Assembly: GCA_002633005.1 (NCBI GenBank)
Contig: NMRA01000436.1
Location: 270,127-334,126, forward strand
Reading direction: 5' to 3'
From: Phoronis australis
Taxonomy: Eukaryota; Animalia; Phoronida
Length of the DNA stretch: 64,000 bases
Notes under the pieces: generated by a model
The model's input: only the letters and a program-made list of their open reading frames with translations
Database searches by the model: none
What the model was told of the DNA's origin: nothing
Shown: positions 55,701 through 64,000 of the stretch, piece after piece
How positions within the stretch are numbered: position 1 is the stretch's first letter
Layout: each line of letters opens with the position of its first letter
Position numbers and translations under genes: made by a program

Positions 55701-58700
55701 TTTACAGCTGTCTATGGACCATGGAATGTAAATAACATAAATGTCATGGAATGTATTGTCATCTGCGTGAATCAACTTGCTTACAAAATGCGGAATGAAA
55801 TGTGTTATTTTCTCGTTGCTTGGCGACATCTAATTTTGCATAGACAGATCGCCGGTTTTCAAGTAGGCCTACTATTCCGGGTCAGTCACGATCAACGTCA
55901 TTGCCAAGTTGAAAAATAAATGAGACACCATAGACAGAGGCAATCTGTGTATGTAAGGGCGATAACCAGTCTTATTCAAAATCCGCCAACTGCAGTATTT
56001 GCCATGTTGTCTATGAGCACCGACAGAGGGCGCAGAAACTAGTCAGTCATAAATCCTCAGTAAAAGCCAAGAGACTCTGCAAAGTCGGAAATTTTTTGTA
56101 GTCAGTTCCAGGAGTGTGATTTTCGGACATCTAATTAATCACCGAGATAATACATGTAGACGGTGTCCATTATCTAACCAAAGTGCATTTTTCAGTTTGT
56201 ATTACTACCGCTTTGACGACGTGGTGTTTGGGAATGGAAACAACTCGTGTGATTCAGTGGAAGACGATGACATCGCAAATATGTGTGCTAGCAGGGTGAT
56301 GGCGTTTCGGCTTGCATTTCGACTAAAGCGTTTGGCGTTTTTTGTCGCACAACAGTGGAATGGTAATACTTGTACTTTACTTTAGAAAAACAAAAAGGTA
56401 CTGAAGTGTTTTAGTTTCTAAAAAGCAATCAGTTACCACTTGATTGCTTGAAACTTCGAAACGAAGAAACCTTCAAATATTTAGGGCAAGGTTGAATCTT
56501 TCCTTTAAAGGTCTTAAAAACTGAGATTTAATTTTAACGCTTTAGACGAGTAGAGTCAAAACCTCTGTCTGTAACTACTAATCAATCCAATTTAAGTATA
56601 AAGTGTTTCAGAGCAATGATACGGAATTTGGTTCTCGAATACATGNNNNNNNNNNNNNNNNNNNNNNNNNNNNNNNNNNNNNNNNNNNNNNNNNNNNNNN
56701 NNNNNNNNNNNNNNNNNNNNNNNNNNNNNNNNNNNNNNNNNNNNNNNNNNNNNNNNNNNNNNNNNNNNNNNNNNNNNNNNNNNNNNNNNNNNNNNNNNNN
56801 NNNNNNNNNNNNNNNNNNNNNNNNNNNNNNNNNNNNNNNNNNNNNNNNNNNNNNNNNNNNNNNNNNNNNNNNNNNNNNNNNNNNNNNNNNNNNNNNNNNN
56901 NNNNNNNNNNNNNNNNNNNNNNNNNNNNNNNNNNNNNNNNNNNNNNNNNNNNNNNNNNNNNNNNNNNNNNNNNNNNNNNNNNNNNNNNNNNNNNNNNNNN
57001 NNNNNNNNNNNNNNNNNNNNNNNNNNNNNNNNNNNNNNNNNNNNNNNNNNNNNNNNNNNNNNNNNNNNNNNNNNNNNNNNNNNNNNNNNNNNNNNNNNNN
57101 NNNNNNNNNNNNNNNNNNNNNNNNNNNNNNTCCTTGAAAATACATGTGACCTGGAGTTTGAGCAGCAGAGTTGCGCACCCTGGTGGTTGAGTCATATTGT
57201 TCTTATATAGGTTTTCCACGGTGAGGACGCTTAGAATTACGTGACTTTGGTTAGATTTTTCTCGCCGCGAGACGGCTGACACACAGTAATTACAGGTGGC
57301 ACTTGAACAGCAATAAACAACTGACAGTCTATAGTTACAGACGTATGTGTTAGTAAGGACTGACGTAATGTTTTTTCAGGCACGCTGCACGTTAAGGTGA
57401 AAGAGGCATGGCGAGAAAAGACAGGGTTGGAGAAGATCCGTGACAAAAGTTTACATTATGAAGGAAGGTAAGAAGGCGGAAACCTTTTGCGAAGTTTGCC
57501 GCAGCTGCTTGTGTAAAATAATTCCTGTTCTTGTAGTAAAGCATGGTTCTGATCAATCTTCCACGAGAAATTGGCAAAATTTCCTCGGATTACTTCGATG
57601 TCCTGTGGCAAGTTATTGATTTTCCACTGTATGACGTTGAAGTAAATGAGCTGTAAACTCATTGTATTAAGAGATAGACCATCGTCATCTCTATTGATAA
57701 GTATACGGGCCCGCTTCATTTCATTACAGAGCTCTGAGAATAGGACTAGTAGGTCGTCTGGTCACAAACACTGACGTGTCACTGCTCTCTCATCTGGCTC
57801 AATGTGCAGGTTTTGACTACGTCACGATCAATAACCACAAAGAGCTGGAACTATGTGGTCTTCTTCAGGAAAACGTTATTGGTGAATTTGTCTCATTTTA
57901 CAAGACAAGACTCTATGCAATTGCCGTACCGCCGTATTTGGAAGAAGAGTATGGTTATCCTGAGGCACTGGTGAACGAAACGAGGAAAACTAGACTATTC
58001 GACGGCATTGATGTGACCGAGAAAGTGTCAGACCACATAACTATTGGCGATATTGCACTGCCTGGAAAACGATTCTTCAGAATTGACCATCTTTTGGTTG
58101 AATGTCTCGAAGAGGTCAAAGGTGAAATGAGTGACGCTAAAATAATAAACCCCGTTTATAGAACGCTGCTGTTTAATAACCGCGACATCGATACAAGGCA
58201 CAGCGAAGAAAAGCACCGTTTCCACGCCGGTCAGGCCGCTGAGCTAAAACTGGCCGTTGGTTCTAAATTTACCCTGTTTGACTTGGCTAAAGTTGTGGTG
58301 CGCTCATGTTTGAAGACCTTCAACTTCGAGCAGCTGGTTCTAGGATTAGGAGCTCACCAACATCACCTGTACCTTGACTTGCGACCCCAAGAAATAGGAG
58401 AAAGTCGACGATTGGTGGTGTGGGAAGCAGAAAATACCAAATGGTTCAATGAACTGCAACCTTTTGCAAGGGCAATAAACCACGGTAAAGTACATGCATT
58501 GCGTCTGTTCCCCATGGCCTGAAAACTCTAAAAATCATCTTTAAATCTCATGTGCTAATAATTCTTCCAAACAAATTTGTGTTAAAATTTCAACGTTCTC
58601 AAAGCAATCTACATATGCCTGCATAAATTATTTTTCACCCTCTAGAACCTATATTTGTTCCGAATTGTGTAAATTTGCCCGCACGTAGTGACCTGCCAGT

Positions 58701-61700
58701 TTCAAAGATTTATTGGTTACTGTGTCCAGTTTTACAGAGTTATAAAGACGCTTGTTTTCTCATTGCCGCTTGTTGTATTCATTGCAGGAGGGCCTCTCAT
58801 TGATCCTGTCAGTCTGGCGCATGCGTGTAGGGAGCCAACACATGGTGAAAAGTTTCCTTTTATCTCTGAACGATCCAGCTCTGAAAGGTATGATCCTCGT
58901 GGCAGCCACTTTATAAAAAAAAGATTGGCCCTACTTGTTTTTAATTTCGTCTTAACTTCTTCTTTGACCTTTGAAACCAGTCATATGTACCATAATACGT
59001 GAACATTGGCAATATGATATGCATCAAATCGTATTTAATTTCTCCTATCCCAGATTATGATTGCTAGTTACTGTCTTACAGTTCTTGCATTTGACAACAC
59101 AACATTTGTTTTTCGGGACTACAGTGCAAGTAATGTCTTACTGAACGAATGTGAATGCATGCACTTGCGCAAATACACGCACACATGCACACGCGCGCAC
59201 GTGGCAAACACGCACTTGTATGTGTATGGTTTGTATATTTGTGTGTTTGTATTTATGTATGTATGTGCACGTATATACGGATGTAAGTATGCATGTACAT
59301 GTATTGTTTTATATGTGTATGTATAAGTGTAGATATAGATGACTATAAAGATGTATATGTAACACTCGCTATTTTCAGGTCCTGTCTTAACGAGGATGCT
59401 GGTTTTTGTCAAGAAACCAAGAAAATTAGACAGCAGGCGGTCAAAGATTTCATGAAGAAACTTAAGCGACTTGTCCGAGTTTCATCTCAAGTTCGTAGCT
59501 CGATTGAAACGTGCTTTGTCACGAGTTGTGGATGCGGAGTTGGCTTTGGTAAGACCAATAGCATGGTCGGGTCACTACCATGTCATTAGACCCGAAATCA
59601 TGCAAGTAGGTGACTGTCAAGGTATGGGAGAAAATTATAATTCATGTTCACCCTACCGTGAACTTATTACTTTTAAATTCAATTTTGTGGTTCAGCCTTA
59701 GGTACCTGAAATATACGAACTTAATGACAGCCACTACATTAAGACAATTGACACCTGTTTAGCGCTTGGATAGGGTTATAGATGGAGTTTTGACATAGCG
59801 CCCTTTCGTACCAGACGTTTGACTTGTTTGCATCCTGCAGCAGTAAAACAATCACCAGGCATTCTAGTTGTAACTGTACGGAATCTGAAGGTAAGATCAA
59901 CCCCGCGTTACTATACATGTTTGTCTACTTGTTACTTTAGGTTCTGCGTGGGAAAAAAAGATAAGGTCGTGCATGGAATTCATTTCCGATTACATCGAAT
60001 CATCCACTGTACCATTCGCCAAGCAAGACAAAGCTGCGTTCTTCAACACCGCTAACGTAAACTCTAGTGTTCATTCTCTTGCTTGTGACAATGGGCTTTG
60101 TCTGGAAAATAACCAGCTATATTCTTTGCTCAGTAAGTGTCAGATTAGGAAACAAAATCGTTAAGCGAATTGCTAATCAATGTTGGTTAGAAGAAAAGCT
60201 GCTCAGACTTGCTCATTTCGGAATTAACTTTTAATGCCCTACCGGAGTGTGTGAGATAGTTTAAATCTAGTGGCATCACTTGGAGATAAACATTCTAATC
60301 CACCCACTATTATTCATTGTGTTACTTGTAACTCTTGTAAACGACCTACATGTACCAGTATACCTTCAAAAATAAAGAATAGATATGTATTTATGCTGCT
60401 GGTACTATCTAATATACACCGGATAAGAACATTGGACATATTGAAAAAGCTATTCAGGCTGTCTTGGTCGCAGTTTCAAATTGATGTTCCTAAAACAATT
60501 TGACGAGAAATTCTTAAAAGACTAAATGTATGCATAAAACATACAGTCAGTAAAGCTCCAAACAGATGTTCAATTTAATTTGTATCTGTCTGGGGACAAA
60601 CTTGAAGACGTTCACCATGAAAAAATACTACGGGCCACATTTGATTAGAGTTTGACTTGGTCTAAACAGATACCTTATAGTCTGCCAAAGATTTGACAAA
60701 ACTGGGTCTTTTGTCCAGAACTGAATGTTATATATTCATTGAATGACAGTTAATAGTTTACTGTCCATGTATTACGCCACACTTCACAAACTCTAGTACT
60801 AAATGTATGCTCTGTCTTTTCTTCTGCTCTTGCGGCAAAAATGGAAAAACTACAGAAATAGGCTGCCAGATTTTTCTGAGATTGTCCATTTGACACACCC
60901 TCTAATCAAATGTTTGCAAATCTGCTATGGCTACAAATGCACAAGTTGTATCATTTTTGGCATACAAATATGTTTTCAAATATCGACGTCATGAAATGCA
61001 AATCATATATCTCATGCGGTTATTGTCACAATGTTAGAACTAGGTATGCTTTATCTGATAATTGTGTGATGTCTCGTGTTATACCTATAGTATTTAGCAA
61101 ACATTTTATTTTTGAGTCTGTCAGAAAATGGAGCATTTCACCACAGAACATCAACTGCATGTTTTAGTACTTTCAAAAAAATCTTTTATGTATTCTTTAA
61201 CTACACTAGCCTCTTTACTCTCTCATTTGTTTATAGCCAGACATTTTTTATGTTCAATTCTTAATAATAACCATTTTAACTTGAATTTATTTAATTTATT
61301 CACACGTTTATATTTCCTGTAGTTGTTTATTCTTTTGTTTTCAAAGGACCGTGTGGTAAATAAGTTTTTAAACGCGTTGTATCCTGTATAAAACCTATAA
61401 GTAAAGTTACAAGTATCTAATCTAATCTAATCTAATTTCACATCGAAATTGTGGTAGCGTTTCTAAAAATCTGATAGGATTGAACACCTTGAAGCACGTG
61501 ACCCACTTTTTGATTGCTATCATTTTACACGATTCTAATTGCATACTGGCCGTGTTTTTTTCCTTTCAAGCGCAAGAATTCAGTATTTATTGAAGCGAGA
61601 CCATTCTGGCCCACGGTTCTATTGAGAATCACCTACAAATGAAAAGTATGCACGGGGCTACTATCTTCTCGTTTCAGAGCAACTGTTGATCACAACTTAC

Positions 61701-63903
61701 AAGCCCGTTGATGGTGAAAGCATTGAAGAGATGGTCTTCAGCAGTCGAGATAACCCCAACCCGACCATCAGTTTGCTTGAACAGTTCATGGCCATGAATG
61801 CGAAAGGTCACGTGAATGTCTATATAGAAAAGCGCGGAGACATTTCTGCATTGAGAAAGCCTATAAAGGTACAACTATTTCGTATTTAATAGAGAAAATG
61901 GTACACAAACATCGTGGATGGTTGTATTTATGTAACTACGACCATGGCAATTGTCGCCCATTTTGCTGCGATTTGTGTGCAGTTGCCAGGTGAATGACCA
62001 TGGGTTAAAGCGAAATTTTCAAGTTCACCTTCGAAAAACGCGTTTTGGATCACGGCTGGATGGAATACGCTTTATGTAGTTATTTTTTGGATGGGCAGCC
62101 TTTTGAAGTTATTTTTGGATGAGAAAGGCTTGTTGAAATTAATGTTGGATCTCACAGACTTGTTGAAATTATTGATGGATGGGACAGACTTGTTGAAGTT
62201 ATTGTTGGATGGGATAGACTTGTTGAAGTTATTGTTGGATGTAGTACACGTCTTGAAATAATGCTGGATTGGACAGACCTGTTTAAGTTATTGCTGGATG
62301 GGATAGGCTTGTTGAAGTTATTGTTGCATGAGACAGACTTGTTGAAGTTATTGTTGGATGGGATAGGCTTGTTAAATATATTGTTGCATGGAGTACACTT
62401 CTTGAAATATTGCTGGATGGGACAGACACTTTTTGAAGTTATTGTTGGATGGGATAGACTTGTTAAATATATTGTTGCATGGAGTACACTTCTTGAAATA
62501 TTGCTGTATGGGACAGACACTTTTTGAAGTTATTGTTGGATGGGATAGACTTGTTGAAGTTATTGTTGGATAGGACAGACTTGTTGAAGTTTTTGTTCGA
62601 TGAGACAGACTTGTTGAAGTTTTTGTTCGATGAGACAGACTTGTTGAAGGTATTGTTGGATGAGACAGACTTGTTGAAGTTATTGTTGGATGAGACAGAC
62701 TTGTTGAAGTTATTGTTGGATGAGACAGACTTGTTCAAGTTATCAGGTTTGACTACAGCTTAACACAATCCAATCCAATGTGCTTTTGAGAATTTTATTA
62801 AACATCTCCAAATTTTCTTGTTGTCCATGACCAAAGATAATTACGTCACCACTTAAATACCCTTAAGATATGCTGCAACTTTAATCGAATGTTATTTAGC
62901 TAGCAATGAGCTTGACTGCATCCGCGAAATTTCCGGAGGCGATTCCTCACAATGGCTAATCCTAGAAATGTGTCGCCTATATCATTTTAAAAAGCTAATG
63001 TAAGATGACCCTGCGAACGTTTTTTATCTGAACAAATCGCCCGGGGCCTCACTTCAGTTTTCGTTTGGTGAGACAGACAACACAAGTTATATATTCCGAC
63101 ATGGACGTACCACTACCTATCCAAAACCAGATTGACCTATTTGAATAGTGACCGGTGGTCCCGCTAAACTCGCCACATCAATATGAGCGAACTCAATGGT
63201 GTGGGTGATTTTTTCGTTTAAGGACCGCCTATAACTGTTTTTTATGCTCGTAACAATCCTGGAAATATCCTTTAAGGCTAAGTAAGTGTTGTATTATTTC
63301 ACTTGCAAACAGGTTTGAAGTGTCTTGTAATTTTCAAGATATGGTGCCTTTGACTGGGTTGTTTATACAAATCACGTACTCACATACTTCCACGAAGCAT
63401 AACCACCTTTATATGAACACCGATTGTGCAAGTTCGTTAGCAATGATTGTAATTATCCGATCTCATCCTTTAGTAACCAAATTTCATGGGATTGGCCCTA
63501 TATCAATGATTTTCTCTGCACTGAGTGTGCTGGTAATGTTTTTACAATAGATTTGCAAACTACTGCCCACGGGTGTATTGCCTGTAACGGCGGTATCTTG
63601 GAAATCAAATTCTTTGTACATGTGTTTCAGGCTTTGCTGGTGTTCAACAAGCAAGTGAGTAAAGTAACTATCCACGTTTCTTCGGATGTTCATACCGGTA
63701 AAGTTGAGGATGAATTAGCCAGGAAGACGCAGTTTTGGGCTTCTGGGGAGTGCCCCAAGAGAACACGTGTCGCAGTGGCTCCTTTTAACGTTGTCGAAAT
63801 TCCACACCACAGAATACGACGTAGTATTGAATTATCTCACGTCAGGAATTTGAGAATGACGGACATTCACAACTGGGAGATGGCATGGCTTTCTAGAAAT
63901 TAA
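37704..63903 (+). CDS. Secreted mosaic protein: signal peptide, beta-rich region, Hedge domain, ComEC/Rec2-type MBL hydrolase, Hedge domain, M15A-like domain, Cys-rich C-terminal domain (22 exons, ~1706 aa)
   Basis: Phase-consistent GT-AG exons: 37704-37922, 40348-40462, 41529-41625, 42030-42446, 43346-43406, 44167-44407, 44728-44855, 48423-48502, 49278-49424, 49681-49836, 50110-50237, 50435-50677, 52830-53837, 54311-54455, 56196-56362, 57380-57467, 57730-58484, 58788-58887, 59379-59548, 59941-60132, 61678-61868, 63631-63903. Total 5121 nt = 1707 codons with no internal stop. The N-terminus MAPFAAVIAVVVVGAFIDGGAKIEA is hydrophobic. Joining the two halves depends on the donor A|GTGAGT at 53837/53838. 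Confidence 0.8.
49681..50677 (+). CDS. Exons 10-12 of the mosaic gene: degenerate Hedge (Hedgehog N-terminal-like) domain 1
   Basis: The spliced peptide TPITSRSSKRLTKVTTSGIVFESSNSRLMASAMAKKLLRFSEMIKYVDGWQNRKLVVKQAW...GSEGREIKV...LGKLARCAQFCGV aligns by eye with Hedgehog [73 protein letters not shown]. Confidence 0.7.
51141..51241. repeat. 34-bp tandem repeat, 3 copies
   Basis: Unit cagggcttacatcacttactgtatattaaaccag; the third copy has a small deletion. Confidence 0.85.
52830..53837 (+). CDS. Exon 13: ComEC/Rec2-family metallo-beta-lactamase-fold hydrolase domain (the ORF reads on to a stop at 53884 if unspliced)
   Basis: Motifs LPVGQGDGTVI, LVDLG, FITHGDQDH, NEKGIVLRL..GGFTMLFVGD, KADVYKLGHHGS, FLNTVQPKIVISSG and YKHP. 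This is the full ComEC/Rec2 MBL motif set. Acceptor ttcttag|52830 is phase 1 and donor 53837|gtgagt is phase 1. Confidence 0.92.
54311..57860 (+). CDS. Exons 14-17 (part): Hedge (Hedgehog N-terminal-like) domain 2
   Basis: Spliced peptide EVCKPIIQPIGRSDERVYTLYYYRFDDVVF...ASRVMAFRLAFRLKRLAFFVAQQWNGTLHVKVKEAW...KSLHYEGRALRI...LLSHLAQCAGFDYV. SLHYEGRA and LAxxAGFDxV are Hedgehog signatures. Confidence 0.88.
54585..55580 (+). mobile_element. Helitron-like element copy in intron 14 of the mosaic gene
   Basis: 5' block 'gcgcattatgccgccatccctgtccgtccgtcc', internal CCCTAGTGGC-type units, and a 3' hairpin TGCAACGCTTCGCGTTGCA followed by CTTGT. Confidence 0.55.
56646..57130. other. Assembly gap (N run), intronic
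   Basis: The flanking exons 56196-56362 and 57380-57467 join in phase and give a continuous Hedge domain (QQWN-G-TLHVKVKEAW), so no coding exon needs to lie in the gap. Confidence 0.85.
58010..58400 (+). CDS. Peptidase M15A/LAS-fold-like domain, apparently inactive (part of exon 17)
   Basis: KVSDHITIGDI..RIDHLLVECLEEVK..INPVYRT..N..RFHAGQAAEL..LGLGAHQHHLYLDLR follows the bacterial M15A pattern (LS.HF...EF..ID..LV..LE..I.SGYR...N..S.H..G.AADI..G+G.Y..F+H+D.R), with the metal ligands substituted. Confidence 0.6.
60830..61436 (+). mobile_element. Degenerate L2/CR1-group LINE 3' fragment
   Basis: Remnant peptide MEKLQK*AARF..TPSNQMFANLLWL..HNVRTR, typical of the CR1/L2/Daphne ORF2 tail. It ends in a (TCTAA)4 microsatellite tail. 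Confidence 0.6.
62070..62743. repeat. 30-bp minisatellite, ~22 copies
   Basis: Consensus tgagacagacttgttgaagttattgttgga. Copies are most homogeneous at the 3' end and more diverged towards the 5' end. Confidence 0.92.
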
Positions 63904-64000
63904 CTTAACATTAACTTGTTAATAACTAGATGTAACTGGCTTGTGTTATTTTTGAAGAATACTTAAAACAAATTATTGAGAATGCCGTGTAACCCCATGC

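Noticed and set aside
56582-57282. Long ORFs in the ORF track
   Set aside because: They consist mostly of X residues from the N gap.
59140-59340. ORFs rich in H/T/C/V/Y
   Set aside because: This is low-complexity (CA/TG/TA)n intronic sequence.
62070-62743. CRISPR-like array or leucine-rich-repeat gene
   Set aside because: The 30-bp units are contiguous with no unique spacers and no cas genes. The ORFs are a by-product of the repeat period.
54311-63903. Calling the locus a canonical hedgehog (hh) gene
   Set aside because: There is no N-terminal CGPGR, no GCF autocleavage site and no Hint domain, and the zinc ligands are substituted.

Overview
Intron-rich animal genomic DNA, probably from a marine invertebrate (inferred from gene content and repeat types; species not determinable). 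It contains single-N contig joins and one N-gap of about 485 bp. I reconstructed three spliced genes by hand, checking GT-AG splice phases throughout. (1) A + strand patatin-like phospholipase with an inserted EF-hand pair (11 exons, 3690-20024; 5' exon(s) not identified). (2) A complete - strand SLC5A8/SLC5A12/SLC5A6-like sodium:solute symporter (14 exons, 34050-23028, ~623 aa); one exon appears twice, probably through an assembly artefact. (3) The main finding is a 22-exon + strand gene (37704-63903, ~1706 aa) that the ORF track breaks into many pieces. It encodes a predicted secreted mosaic protein: signal peptide, beta-rich N-terminal region, degenerate Hedge (Hedgehog N-terminal-like) domain, an intact bacterial ComEC/Rec2-type metallo-beta-lactamase-fold hydrolase on a single 1008-bp phase 1-1 exon, a second Hedge domain, a peptidase-M15A-like pseudo-enzyme and a Cys-rich C-terminal region. 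R-x-K/R-R convertase sites lie at several module boundaries and there is no Hint domain. Introns and intergenic DNA hold MITEs, Helitron-like satellite-bearing elements, LINE fragments and minisatellites. All domain calls come from motif recognition by eye, not database searches.
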